A stretch of 64,000 nt of DNA from a virus. The position numbers and the translations under genes are program-made. The notes under the pieces were generated by a model that searched no databases, was not told the origin of the DNA, and was given only the letters and a program-made list of their open reading frames with translations. The DNA lies in IMG/VR virus record IMGVR_UViG_3300045988_077137; one strand, given 5' to 3'. This document shows positions 44,098 through 54,038 of the stretch, piece by piece; the stretch's first letter is position 1; each line of letters starts with the position of its first letter.

Positions 44098-45552
44098 TTA
44101 ACAATATATTAAACTCTTTCTCGCACGTGTTATAGCCACGAATTGGAGACACTTTTCAGCATATAAAGCCAGTTCAGTTGTCGCATACTTACTTGGTAGG
44201 AGTTCCGGCTGAAGAAAGAATATTCTGTCCGCTTCCAGTCCCTTACTTTTGTGAATTGTCGACAGCGTGATACCACGACTGGCGTTCTCTACAAATATAT
44301 CGTAAATCCGGGAGCGCACGGTTTCCAAATCACCGAAATATTCGTACAGGCTCAACAAAACATTCACTTTCTCATTCAACTTGTCGTATGCCTCACACTT
44401 GGTTGGACTCTTAACTCCCTTCTTCTGCAACTTGCTTATCATGTTCTCAAGAACCTGTTCAAGTCCCCATACGTCCTCGACGCTGTCTATGAGCGATACA
44501 AGTTCATCACCGAATTCCTTCCCAAGAATTGTACACTTCTTCCCCTGTCGTAACAGGGTGATGAAAGCGTCAACCAACGGAGCGTTATTCCGACACAGAA
44601 TAAAGTCGCCTTCCTGAGCGTCCTTAAATGTACCGTCCCCAACGAACCCTTTAACCGCTCCAGGAGCAGCCACTATACCATCGGGGAACACTTTACAGGC
44701 TTCGGCAACTATATCCTGAGCGCAACGATATGTCATTGACAAAGGCAGCGTCACTGTATTAGGAGCGTTCTTGATAGCCTGTAACGAGTCAAGATTACTC
44801 CCCATGAATGAATAGATTGATTGCTTTTCATCCCCTACTGCTATCAGGCGACCTCGTGGGGTCTTGCACATCTTCACGACCTCAAACTGTAATGGGCTGA
44901 TATCCTGACACTCGTCAAGCATAACGACATTGTACTGTTTGAAGTCATCCCGATGAACGTATTGAGTCGCATAGTATAACATATCAGTGAAGTCCATAGG
45001 TAGTTTTCCCGACCCACCTTTTAGGAAGTAATTATCAGCAATCTTTTTATTGAGCATACGGAGTTCTATTGCTCTCTTAGCGAGATTTTCGTCAGCCTCC
45101 TCACCGTACCTCTCCCCCAGTGATATTATTGCCTCTACATCGTCTTGTACGAGGTTGAAGCGCATGAGGTCGTAGAGCCTGCATATCTTCATTATCATTC
45201 CCGGAATACGCTTCGAGTGAACCCCTTTGAAGTTCATCTTCTCTTTTGCCAGATTGAAGTTCTTTGAATCCGACAGTGCAAAATTCAGGCTGAACGCTTT
45301 ACACAGACTTGACAACGCACACGAATGTAGGGTGGAAGCCTTTACGGTTCTTGGGAGTCGCTGACCCAACTCCTCTGCGATTGACTTATTGAACGCCAAG
45401 AATATTGAACTCTTTATAGGAGGAGTTATCTCCGCTAACTTACAGAGAGTAAATGTCTTTCCACTCCCTGCCGTTGCACTGACAAAAATGTTCCTGTTCG
45501 TACTTTGGTATTCGTCAACTATCGCTTGTTTATACTCATCTAATTTCGCCAT
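44098..45552 (-). CDS. UvrD/Rep/PcrA-type SF1 DNA helicase
   Basis: 484 aa. Walker A is SATAGSGKTF. Also VVMLDECQD, TIHKSKGLEADRIF and VAITRARKSL. Confidence 0.9.
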   Translation of the reverse strand: MAKLDEYKQAIVDEYQSTNRNIFVSATAGSGKTFTLCKLAEITPPIKSSIFLAFNKSIAEELGQRLPRTVKASTLHSCALSSLCKAFSLNFALSDSKNFNLAKEKMNFKGVHSKRIPGMIMKICRLYDLMRFNLVQDDVEAIISLGERYGEEADENLAKRAIELRMLNKKIADNYFLKGGSGKLPMDFTDMLYYATQYVHRDDFKQYNVVMLDECQDISPLQFEVVKMCKTPRGRLIAVGDEKQSIYSFMGSNLDSLQAIKNAPNTVTLPLSMTYRCAQDIVAEACKVFPDGIVAAPGAVKGFVGDGTFKDAQEGDFILCRNNAPLVDAFITLLRQGKKCTILGKEFGDELVSLIDSVEDVWGLEQVLENMISKLQKKGVKSPTKCEAYDKLNEKVNVLLSLYEYFGDLETVRSRIYDIFVENASRGITLSTIHKSKGLEADRIFFLQPELLPSKYATTELALYAEKCLQFVAITRARKSLIYC

Positions 45553-45555
45553 ATA

Positions 45556-46269
45556 CTAAATCTTTTCTACTTTATAATCGATGTCCAATTGCCCATTATA
45601 ATACGGCTCAAACAGGTATGTTCCATTAACCCGTTCAAACAACTCCTCTTCATTTGCGTAGAAGCAATCGCCTATAATGTTCACGTCTCCACCCACTTGG
45701 TTCAACTCCTCAAATTTTTCAGTCTTTTCCGGAAACACACAGTCAGAACCATCATGATGAAACCAACTGAACCCCTCAAGCGGTCTATCCTGAACGTAAC
45801 TGTCTTGCGTCTTATAATTCGCCAGAGCGTCCGCACAGGCATTACCGTAAACCAACGGGTCGGACAGGTCTTTCCCGTGTCCATTGATGTGTGATATACC
45901 GAACACCATCTTTCGACGGCTTTCAATTTCTTTCAGGATTTCTTTCCAAAGTTCAGGATTTTTAACTCCCCACCACCCGTTGGCTCGCCATTGTGAAAGT
46001 AGGGACTTCTTGAAAGCATTCACCACGAACTCGCTGTCGGCTACGACATGAACCTTTGTATAGACGTCTGGGTCTATCATCTGTATCGCTGCCAGCAACG
46101 CTTTCATCTCCATACGGGAGGTCGTCGTGTTCCAGAAGCCTCTTCTCAGGTGTATCTCCTGATTTCCATAAGGAATGTACACCCCGAACCCACCTAATTT
46201 TCGGTCGCTCTTTGCGTTACAACTTCCGTCGGTGAATATTGTTATGTTAATCCTCTCTTTTGGAACCAT
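45556..46269 (-). CDS. rnhA: Ribonuclease HI
   Basis: IFTDGSC, TSRMEMKALLAAIQ, VVADSEFV and GNACADALA carry the DEDD residues. The listed start at 46278 is a TTG. ATG at 46269 follows the upstream stop by 1 nt. Confidence 0.85.
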   Translation of the reverse strand: MVPKERINITIFTDGSCNAKSDRKLGGFGVYIPYGNQEIHLRRGFWNTTTSRMEMKALLAAIQMIDPDVYTKVHVVADSEFVVNAFKKSLLSQWRANGWWGVKNPELWKEILKEIESRRKMVFGISHINGHGKDLSDPLVYGNACADALANYKTQDSYVQDRPLEGFSWFHHDGSDCVFPEKTEKFEELNQVGGDVNIIGDCFYANEEELFERVNGTYLFEPYYNGQLDIDYKVEKI

Positions 46270-46270
46270 A

Positions 46271-46441
46271 TCACTCAACCTTTCTTATCTTTAAGCCGTG
46301 TATGGTTTGCCACCCCTGTAACCGGAGAACATCCTCAACTTTGTCTTCACTGACAGCCATAACGAATTCTGCCTGTTTCTTGATTTGTCCTTTACGTTCT
46401 TTCGTACCGAAGAACTTTGCTTTGAATTGAATTTTGTCCAT
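46271..46441 (-). CDS. Possible small protein (56 aa)
   Basis: ATG at 46441 (MDKIQFKAKFFGTKERKGQIKK...), with stop TGA at 46271-46273 abutting the rnhA ATG. Fills an otherwise empty 220-bp gap. Confidence 0.4.
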   Translation of the reverse strand: MDKIQFKAKFFGTKERKGQIKKQAEFVMAVSEDKVEDVLRLQGWQTIHGLKIRKVE

Positions 46442-46498
46442 TGTTATCACTAAATTATTTGATAATTACATAACGGCTCCCGATGGCTCGAGTTTCCG

Positions 46499-48157
46499 TC
46501 ATTTCAGATGTTTCTGTAAGAATTTCCTTGCCAACAGTTCGTTCTCGCTTTGCCCCCTGTTCACCACCCCTGTTATAAGGCTCTTATCCTTAACAGTTTC
46601 TCTCATTTCAACGTCTATCGTGTCGGGTGATAATAGGTAGGTGATATTTATACTATTCTTTTGTCCCATTCGCTCAAGACGACTGTTCGTTTGTTCCAGG
46701 TCGGTTGACTTATCAGGCAGTTCAATATAGAATAGATTCGAGCAGTTGTCCTGAAGACCGTCTGTCCCTGTACCAGCCGACTGAATGTTCGCAAAGAGTA
46801 ACCGATGTTTCCTCTGGGAAAACTCGTTCACGATTTGTTGCTTCTTATCAGCCGAGACTCCACCCTGTATTATCGGAGCCTTAAAGTATTTCGCCAGTTC
46901 CTGGAGCGGTTCACGGTGCACACCGAAGACCACCAACTGTTCGTCTTCATTCGCCTCTAACCAATCCTTGATGTATGATTGCATGAACGGCAACTTCCCT
47001 TTCACCGACAGGGATTTCAACGTGTTAATCATTACAAGGTGAGGAGCGTTCACGGCATTGTTTGCCTTCTCGATATCTATCTTCTCGAGATACGCTAACA
47101 GGTCTGACTCGGCTCGCCTGTACTCTTTGAGGTTCACAATAGGAACGTCAACTGTTTGCTCTACCAGCGGTGGGAGTTCCTCAAGAACGTCCCTCTTATT
47201 CCGTCGTATGTAACCGCCCATTCGTAACAGTTCATGAAGTTCCTCGAGGTTACTGAACCCACTGTCGTCGAACCCGTATGCGGTTTGCTTCCCGTTGCAG
47301 TATCGAAACTTGAACTCCAGCGTATCACCGAAGATGTCATCGAACCGTCTAATTATCTTGAACGGCTGTATAAGGTCGGCTGGCTTATTCTGAGTCAGCG
47401 TACCTGTCAATCCCCATACGTGTTCTATTCGCTTGGTTATCTTCTTCGCCATCTTTGTGCGAAGAGCCTTTTCCGACTTCAAGAAGTGTATCTCGTCCAA
47501 GGCACAGGCTCCCCAATACTTCTTGAGTAGTTCCTTGAACTTCGCTGTCGGCTTCTCCATGTTACGTTCCCCAAGCACATCGTAATTGATAATCACGACA
47601 TCGCTATCCCATACGGCAGGGTCGAACTTTCGTTTCCTTTCGATTACACCTACTTTTCGGTCAGGCATCCACTTCGCCCATTCCTTCTTCCAATTGTACT
47701 TCACGGACGCTGGGGTAACTATCAGAGCCGGAAACGCTCCGAGTAGTTCAATGATGATAATCGTCTGGGCTGTCTTACCCAACCCACAGTCATCTCCATT
47801 GATACAGTTCCCGTGATTAATCATATAGGCAACCCCCTCGCACTGATAAGGACGGGGAATTCGCTTCATTCCTATCTCTTTACAGGCTTGCTCAACTTCC
47901 TCGACTGTTATCACCTCTTCGGGTTCCTCATAATCAATCACACGACGAGAGGGAACGTAGTTCATTCCCTCCTTGAATCCGTTCTCCTCAAGCCACTTCT
48001 TCAACGGATTCACCGTGACAAGTGAAAACGGAATGTACCACTCCCTGTTTTGGGGATTGTATCCCGCACCAGCGAACTTCTTTACGGAAGTCACCAGCGA
48101 AGCATCGTAGGAAAAGCCAATGTACCACCAATCATGGTCTCTATACCAATATCTCAT
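46499..48157 (-). CDS. SNF2-family helicase (possible HARP-like annealing helicase)
   Basis: DDCGLGKTAQTI (motif I) and LDEIHFLKS (DExH), with a C-terminal helicase domain. The start is taken at ATG 48157 (MRYWYRDHDWW), because the listed extension overlaps the endonuclease gene. Confidence 0.85.
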   Translation of the reverse strand: MRYWYRDHDWWYIGFSYDASLVTSVKKFAGAGYNPQNREWYIPFSLVTVNPLKKWLEENGFKEGMNYVPSRRVIDYEEPEEVITVEEVEQACKEIGMKRIPRPYQCEGVAYMINHGNCINGDDCGLGKTAQTIIIIELLGAFPALIVTPASVKYNWKKEWAKWMPDRKVGVIERKRKFDPAVWDSDVVIINYDVLGERNMEKPTAKFKELLKKYWGACALDEIHFLKSEKALRTKMAKKITKRIEHVWGLTGTLTQNKPADLIQPFKIIRRFDDIFGDTLEFKFRYCNGKQTAYGFDDSGFSNLEELHELLRMGGYIRRNKRDVLEELPPLVEQTVDVPIVNLKEYRRAESDLLAYLEKIDIEKANNAVNAPHLVMINTLKSLSVKGKLPFMQSYIKDWLEANEDEQLVVFGVHREPLQELAKYFKAPIIQGGVSADKKQQIVNEFSQRKHRLLFANIQSAGTGTDGLQDNCSNLFYIELPDKSTDLEQTNSRLERMGQKNSINITYLLSPDTIDVEMRETVKDKSLITGVVNRGQSENELLARKFLQKHLK

Positions 48158-48899
48158 AACGATTCCTCCTTTTCGCTTCAGACATTTTCTTTCTTGTTTC
48201 CTCGGAATGTTTCTTTCCAAAGAAATGATTTTTCTCTCCTTTATGTGATTCTGAAAGTTTCTTTTTCCATTCATCTGAAAACTCTTTCCGCTTCACCCCT
48301 TTCTTAGATTCACTAATTTTTCTACGATGTTCTTTCGAAAGAGTTTCCCCACGAAATGCTCCAATATGACCAGAATTTGCTTTAGAAATCTTTTGTTTAG
48401 CTTCTTCTGAAAGATGTTTACCTTTCATTGAAGGAAGCCTTCCTTTATTTGATTCGGATATTTTTCTCCTTGATTCTTCAGAATGTTTGTGTCCCCAATA
48501 TTTAGCAAAGTGAATCTTTGCAGCCTCCCTTGCTTTTGCACGACGTTCTTCTGTCCATACAGTTCCAACCGCTCCATCCCCACCATCCGTTGAATTGTAT
48601 CCAAATTCTTTAGTTTGAAGCCTTTTAATTAGACGCTCCTCAATGTAACAAAGTTTTGCTTTCAGAGCCTGTCTATTGGGTGCCGATACCTGAATAATTT
48701 CCTCAATCGTAAAGTTCTCAACACCGTACTTCCTCATGGCTGAATAAAGCCTGTAAGGAACTCCACGTTTCGCAGCCTGTTTATGTTCTTTGAATCGTTT
48801 CTCAATCGACTTCACTGTCTGACCAATGTAAAGTTTCCCATTAGCCAGACAGCATATGCAATAAATATGTCCTATTCCATCACAATATCTCATTTTCAA
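48141..48899 (-). CDS. Free-standing GIY-YIG homing endonuclease with five NUMOD3-like repeats
   Basis: 252 aa. HIYCICCLANGKLYIGQT...RFKEHK...GYNSTDGGDG, then repeats such as HSEESRRKISESNKG. Confidence 0.9.
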   Translation of the reverse strand: MKMRYCDGIGHIYCICCLANGKLYIGQTVKSIEKRFKEHKQAAKRGVPYRLYSAMRKYGVENFTIEEIIQVSAPNRQALKAKLCYIEERLIKRLQTKEFGYNSTDGGDGAVGTVWTEERRAKAREAAKIHFAKYWGHKHSEESRRKISESNKGRLPSMKGKHLSEEAKQKISKANSGHIGAFRGETLSKEHRRKISESKKGVKRKEFSDEWKKKLSESHKGEKNHFFGKKHSEETRKKMSEAKRRNRYEILV

Positions 48900-50850
48900 A
48901 ATCTTCTCTCGTTACGATACGAAGTCCTCTTTGTTTAGCGGTCTTCATCTTAGAAGAAGTTGAGTTGATGTCGGCTACCACAAGAACTGTGCATTCTTTG
49001 GTCACACCGTTCAACACCACGTGTCCCCGAGCCTGAAGAGCCTTTTCGAGTTCTTTATTCCGGAACCCTGTCATGCAGACAAACATTTGTTCAACTCCGT
49101 CAGGAGTCTCAACCTTTGGCGACTGTACATAAGTAATAACGACTCTTCTGTCTTTTCCCCTCGAAAGATACGTTTTTAGACCTTTTACGAACGTCAAAGC
49201 AAGCACCTCACCTATTCCCGGAATAAGTTCACATTCGTGCTTTAGAGTGACCGCAGACTCCGCAGTGAGCGCATAACTATTTGGGTCACGCAGCCTCTCA
49301 ACCGTTTCCCCGTTCAAACCGTCTAAGATTTTCTGACAGGTCGCCTCAGCAATCTTTCCGTCAAATACATTTATGGCTGTTAGGTAACGAGCCAACGGTA
49401 CTCCGGCAAGAACCTTTTCAATCTGACTTGAAACGGTCTTCCCCTTTGACTTCCCTAACAGGTTCTGGAACTCCGCAACGTGTGACTCAAGAATTGTGTC
49501 TATCGTCTTATAGCCGTGTCCATACAAACGACGTATCGTAGGCTCTTCAAACTGTTCGCAACCCATCGTGCGGAAGAAATACACCATACCAGAGATTACT
49601 CTTTCCTTGCACGACTCATTTGAGCATACAAGGTCAACGTGCGTTTCGTTCCATTTAAGCGGTTCACCACAGGACGGACAGATAACAAGGTCATCCATCA
49701 TATCGGTGTACGCATTCTCGTTGTACTCAATCGTCTTCAAGTGTTTAGGGATAACGTCTCCTCCACGTGTTACTTCGATGAACGCTCCCTCACAGATATG
49801 CTGGTCAATCAGGTAGGCTGCATTATACGCTGTGGCTCGGGATACGGTTGCTCCGTTAATCTCAACGGGTTCGATGATGATTACAGGGTTCAGAACACCT
49901 GTCTTCCCTATTCCCTTTTCTATACTGATAACCTTTGTCTGGTACACGTCACACCACTCTTCCTTCTTGAACGCAATAGCATAGGCGGGATTTCCGTTAG
50001 GAAGCCGTCCCAGTTGTTCACGGACGCTTTCTTCATCGACTTCTATCACCACGCCATCAATCTTGTATTCAGCATCAAACCTGTCATGAAGTTCCTCATC
50101 AAGCAACAGGTTCATTTCCTCATCGTCGAGTTCCATTATCTCTTCAATCAAGAAACTGACATACGGAGTAACATTATGGAACGTTCTTTTCAATTCTTCG
50201 AGAACGCTTGACTTGTCGCCTGTAAGGTCAGAGCCATAACGCACGAAGTCCACGTTTGCCATGAAGCGGTTGTTCCAGCCGTCCGGAGAGTTGAATATTC
50301 CGGCAACCATATTACGAGCGTTCTTATAGGCGAAGTCGGCTTGGTTGTCCTTGAGGTGGGCAAAGGTCTTCTTCTTCATGATAGCCTCGCCCCACGTGTG
50401 CATAAGGTGTGGTTCCGGATGCTCGCCCTCGCCATTGAACATACGGTCGAAGTGTTTCGTTGACAACTGCCCTTCTACACCATCACCACGAGTCCACGCT
50501 CTCTTATCGTCTTCATCAACGACAAGGCTTATTCCGTCAAATTTAGGAGTGGCGACAATCTCCTTACAACCTGCAGCAAACATCTTCTGTAACCATTTGC
50601 GGAAGTCCTTGATTGTCTTGATTTTTTCGAGGCTGTACATAGGGACAGGCAACGGCTCCATACGGTCGGTGGCTTCCTCTACGATACCTTTCTTGAAGAA
50701 CTCGTCCTCCGGACTGTTTACTCTCAGAGTTTCAACCATATGGTCGTAATCAACATCTGATATTTGAGGATTGCCCTCACGATAAGCCTTATTGAGAGCC
50801 ACCAACTCGGCTCTCAGGCTGTTAATCTTTTCTTGACTTAATTTTGCCAT
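48880..50850 (-). CDS. ligA: NAD-dependent DNA ligase
   Basis: 656 aa. Adenylation motif EYKIDGV, Zn finger CPSCGEPLKWNETHVDLVCSNESC, HhH region, and a C-terminal BRCT-like FVCMTGFRNKELE. Confidence 0.9.
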   Translation of the reverse strand: MAKLSQEKINSLRAELVALNKAYREGNPQISDVDYDHMVETLRVNSPEDEFFKKGIVEEATDRMEPLPVPMYSLEKIKTIKDFRKWLQKMFAAGCKEIVATPKFDGISLVVDEDDKRAWTRGDGVEGQLSTKHFDRMFNGEGEHPEPHLMHTWGEAIMKKKTFAHLKDNQADFAYKNARNMVAGIFNSPDGWNNRFMANVDFVRYGSDLTGDKSSVLEELKRTFHNVTPYVSFLIEEIMELDDEEMNLLLDEELHDRFDAEYKIDGVVIEVDEESVREQLGRLPNGNPAYAIAFKKEEWCDVYQTKVISIEKGIGKTGVLNPVIIIEPVEINGATVSRATAYNAAYLIDQHICEGAFIEVTRGGDVIPKHLKTIEYNENAYTDMMDDLVICPSCGEPLKWNETHVDLVCSNESCKERVISGMVYFFRTMGCEQFEEPTIRRLYGHGYKTIDTILESHVAEFQNLLGKSKGKTVSSQIEKVLAGVPLARYLTAINVFDGKIAEATCQKILDGLNGETVERLRDPNSYALTAESAVTLKHECELIPGIGEVLALTFVKGLKTYLSRGKDRRVVITYVQSPKVETPDGVEQMFVCMTGFRNKELEKALQARGHVVLNGVTKECTVLVVADINSTSSKMKTAKQRGLRIVTREDFENEIL

Positions 50851-50857
50851 AACGAAA

Positions 50858-51097
50858 TTATTTATTTTTGGTGCAATTCGTAATTGTGGTGACTGTACGA
50901 TTCCCCGATTTAAATGTGGAAACCATATACAGAAGATTTTCTTCTTCCTCGTCCCATACCCAATACAATGATGAATGATTGTTATACTTCATCAAATCTC
51001 TACCAGTTCTTCTCGCGATACGAGCAGCCTCTCTTGCTGATGTTGTTTCAACTGTGAAAGTATCACCTCCGTTGTATTGAATATTGAACTTTTTCAT
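50858..51097 (-). CDS. Hypothetical protein
   Basis: 79-aa ORF downstream of cassette J. Confidence 0.5.
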   Translation of the reverse strand: MKKFNIQYNGGDTFTVETTSAREAARIARRTGRDLMKYNNHSSLYWVWDEEEENLLYMVSTFKSGNRTVTTITNCTKNK

Positions 51098-51107
51098 AAC
51101 CTTTGAT

Positions 51108-51195
51108 TTTTAATGACACTACAAAGGTAATGGATTCTCATGAGATTCCAAAGAGTTTTCCCCGAAAATCTTCAAAAGGCTGAAGAAATTTCTAC
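51108..51195 (-). promoter_or_regulatory. Promoter cassette copy J
   Basis: -7 box TACCTTTG (51122-51129). Confidence 0.6.
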
Positions 51196-51236
51196 AATCT
51201 CCCCAGCCTTTTAACGCTTAACGTCCAATTTTCGGT

Positions 51237-51851
51237 TTAATCTTCCATCATATTGTGGTAAAGTTCGAGTCGGATTTTAGCATATGCTGCTTCGGTGTTG
51301 GCGAAGGCACGCTGGTTGTTCACCCCTTTATCATTATATATTTCCGACTCGACTACCTTTGCCACCTGTTCAATCCATTTCGTATTCGTATAGGAAGACA
51401 ACTTCTTGCCACGGAACGTAAAGCAGTCAAATTTCGAATTTCGGTCTTCATGTAAGTTCGTCAACAACTGTCTTATCTTCTTCGCTGTCCCTTCCTTATC
51501 CGAGATGTGGTTCTCCTCGCGAACCCTCTTAATAATACGGCACACCCTTTCAACCGCAAGGTCGAACGCCATATTCGTGACCGTCTTGATACGCATCTGC
51601 GTCTCGGGGACAAGTCCCTCGGATATGTTACTGAGTTGAATGTTTTGATTCCTCGTCTCAGCCAACAGTTCTTTGAAAGTTTCCCGCTGTGCGCTCATTG
51701 TGTCGTTAATGACTTTCATGAACCAACGGAAGAAAGTTACCCACATCAGTGCTGACAGCACCAAAAAGAATCCGGCTGTAATAGCCATCATTCCGAAATC
51801 TCCAATGCTCTTTCCTGTCTCGATAGCAGGATTAATCATGTCTGTACCCAT
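51237..51851 (-). CDS. Membrane-anchored hypothetical protein
   Basis: 204 aa with an N-terminal TM region FGMMAITAGFFLVLSALMWVTFF. TATCTTTG box at 51904-51911. Confidence 0.55.
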   Translation of the reverse strand: MGTDMINPAIETGKSIGDFGMMAITAGFFLVLSALMWVTFFRWFMKVINDTMSAQRETFKELLAETRNQNIQLSNISEGLVPETQMRIKTVTNMAFDLAVERVCRIIKRVREENHISDKEGTAKKIRQLLTNLHEDRNSKFDCFTFRGKKLSSYTNTKWIEQVAKVVESEIYNDKGVNNQRAFANTEAAYAKIRLELYHNMMED

Positions 51852-51931
51852 CGTTATTCCTTGATTTTGTTAAAGTTTTCACTCGTTGTTATCTTTATTG
51901 GTACAAAGATAATAATTCAAAATGAAAGTCT

Positions 51932-52270
51932 CTAACCTTGGTTCAAGGACACTTTGGTAATCCAGAAGTAATTATCCGTTCCAAACTTGAAATCCTCTTT
52001 GTGAACTGACTGAATTCGCTCACGAAGCCTCTGTTCCGTCATTCCACTGGCGAAGTTATGCCCGATGTTTGCGAGTAGCGGTGTAACCTCTTGAGCGTCC
52101 CGCACCTCATTGTAGCGACATTCACGTGTCTTCAACCGTACTTCCGGAGCAACGTAGGCTCGGAACTCACCCATGATTTCTACCACGAGTATATTACAGT
52201 CACAATTCATTACAAGTCCCCGACAAGCGTCAAGGAACTCTTTCTTAGCAGCGTTATTTTCCATAACCAA
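51932..52270 (-). CDS. Hypothetical protein, paralog of 53297-53617
   Basis: 112 aa. Shares LVMNC.C.IL......GE.R......V.LKTRECRYNEVRDAQ....L..N.GHNFA.GMTEQ.L.ER.QS.HKEDFKFGTDNY.WIT with the transposon-borne copy. Confidence 0.6.
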   Translation of the reverse strand: MVMENNAAKKEFLDACRGLVMNCDCNILVVEIMGEFRAYVAPEVRLKTRECRYNEVRDAQEVTPLLANIGHNFASGMTEQRLRERIQSVHKEDFKFGTDNYFWITKVSLNQG

Positions 52271-52598
52271 TCATTTTTTCTATTGCATTCTTCTTTCGTT
52301 GTTCTTTCTCATCAGCAGCACCACGCTTCAGTTCCCTGTCAAACCGCTGGCGCAGTATCTCCTTCTTTTTGTCGTCAGGCAGTCCCTTAAAGACGCCAAC
52401 GCTAAACTCTGGTATAGTGCTCTCAACCTCTACGAAAACCATCTGTTCGCGACAGTTAGAACACTCATACGGCTTCCCCACGATAGTAGGAACCATCTTC
52501 TTGAGTTCTTTACTGTATTTCATCACGTATTTTCCCGGAGTAAACGCCACGCCATGAAGTTCACAGGCTTCATTCGGGCAGCACAATACATATTTCAT
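52254..52598 (-). CDS. Zinc-ribbon-like hypothetical protein
   Basis: 114 aa with CCPNEAC...CSNC Cys pairs. Confidence 0.5.
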   Translation of the reverse strand: MKYVLCCPNEACELHGVAFTPGKYVMKYSKELKKMVPTIVGKPYECSNCREQMVFVEVESTIPEFSVGVFKGLPDDKKKEILRQRFDRELKRGAADEKEQRKKNAIEKMIGYGK

Positions 52599-53092
52599 AG
52601 ATAATGTCTCCTTCCATATTCAGCGATTAATAAACTGTCAGTCAAGTTGTCATCGGCTTTCGTGCAGTTCTCCGTCCGACGTAAATCCTGTCGAGGGAAC
52701 AACCGCTTCGCTGCAAGCACTGACATCACTTTCTTGTCGGGGTTCGGCTTGATGCCCTCGTACATTTCTTTCTGCCACTTCTTAGGAGTCACCAGCACAA
52801 TCCTCAAACCACACATGATGAACCCCATACGGAGCGCATAACATACTCCCCCGAAAGTAAACGTAGCACCCGCAGCGGAACGTGGTAGAGCGTGAACATC
52901 CTCTATCACGACAACCGTGTTATTGATGTCACACTCTTCCGATATCTGAATAATCAATTCTGACAGTTCATGCAGGTCAAGTTCCTTCCCTACCTTTGGC
53001 ATCGGATAGTGCTTGATACCTGTACTTTTCATCACCGTGATGAACCCCTGTTTTCCTGGGTCTACTCCGATAACTGTTTGTTTCTTTTCCAT
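52595..53092 (-). CDS. ruvC: RuvC-like Holliday junction resolvase
   Basis: 165 aa. VIGVDPGKQG, VVVIEDV and KADDNLTDSLLIAEY place the RNase H-fold acidic residues as in RuvC. Confidence 0.7.
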   Translation of the reverse strand: MEKKQTVIGVDPGKQGFITVMKSTGIKHYPMPKVGKELDLHELSELIIQISEECDINNTVVVIEDVHALPRSAAGATFTFGGVCYALRMGFIMCGLRIVLVTPKKWQKEMYEGIKPNPDKKVMSVLAAKRLFPRQDLRRTENCTKADDNLTDSLLIAEYGRRHYL

Positions 53093-53096
53093 ACTA

Positions 53097-53104
53097 TTCT
53101 ATAT
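53097..53104. repeat. Target-site duplication, left copy (TTCTATAT)
   Basis: Identical 8-mer in direct orientation, immediately outside both terminal repeats. Confidence 0.8.
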
Positions 53105-53191
53105 GGTACTGATATACATATCTACACTGGAAAATCTTAGAAAGGCTGGAGTCGGGAAATCCCCGAACCAGTCTTTTCTATTTTATTAACG
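53105..53191. repeat. Left 87-bp terminal inverted repeat
   Basis: Exact reverse complement of 56573-56659, checked base by base. The flanking bases mismatch on both sides. Confidence 0.95.
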
Positions 53192-53296
53192 GTTAATCTC
53201 TACGTTCTACTCAATCATAATCAATTCCTAAGACATCATACAGACTGCCCGACTTTTACGTTGTTAAATCAGTATTAATCATTAAAATTACTGGAT

Positions 53297-53617
53297 ATGA
53301 AATTAGATGAAAACATTTTGAAGACCTGCCAAGGACTTGTAATGAACTGTCATTGTAAGATTTTAATCCTTGATGTATTAGGTGAACATCGTGTATTCCT
53401 TGTGAATGACGTACACCTTAAAACTCGTGAATGTCGTTATAACGAAGTTCGTGATGCGCAGGACATCACTACTCTCGTATTGAATGTCGGTCACAATTTT
53501 GCTAATGGCATGACCGAGCAGACCTTACTTGAACGCACTCAATCTATCCACAAGGAGGATTTCAAGTTTGGAACGGACAATTATATGTGGATTACGCGTA
53601 TGGATTTAAATCGTTGA
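53297..53617 (+). CDS. Cargo ORF, paralog of phage gene 51932-52270
   Basis: 106 aa, roughly two-thirds identical by eye to the resident copy. Confidence 0.6.
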   Translation: MKLDENILKTCQGLVMNCHCKILILDVLGEHRVFLVNDVHLKTRECRYNEVRDAQDITTLVLNVGHNFANGMTEQTLLERTQSIHKEDFKFGTDNYMWITRMDLNR

Positions 53618-53621
53618 GAAT

Positions 53622-53804
53622 ATGAAGCAATCCGATGAAAAGCCAACAGTTGAAAAATGTAAAACAGAACTTGAGGAAATTGCAAAAGAAATGGGGCTTC
53701 CTATTGAAGACCCCAAAGTACCAGTTGAATGGTGTAAACGTGGTGGGTGGTATGATGATGAAGTCGCAGAAAAATTGATTACCCCTTTGTATTTCAGGAA
53801 ATAA
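53622..53804 (+). CDS. Cargo small hypothetical protein
   Basis: 60-aa ORF. Confidence 0.4.
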   Translation: MKQSDEKPTVEKCKTELEEIAKEMGLPIEDPKVPVEWCKRGGWYDDEVAEKLITPLYFRK

Positions 53805-54038
53805 TCAATATTCTATTTGAATAGAATTATCTTCATATTTAATCATATCATCATCAGTGCCAAGTTCAACATCTGAAAGATTTAAAACAACTCGCTTTTT
53901 ATCTTTCTGGGTAGCATCTATTAATTCGCAATTGACATCTGTTACCTTGTAAATTTTAGATGGGCATACTTTTAATTTGACGTATGTCCCTCCCGTAATT
54001 TGTTCTTTCATAATTATTTCCCTATTAGTCTTGTTCAA
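53805..54038 (-). CDS. Cargo small hypothetical protein
   Basis: 77-aa ORF. Confidence 0.4.
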   Translation of the reverse strand: MNKTNREIIMKEQITGGTYVKLKVCPSKIYKVTDVNCELIDATQKDKKRVVLNLSDVELGTDDDMIKYEDNSIQIEY

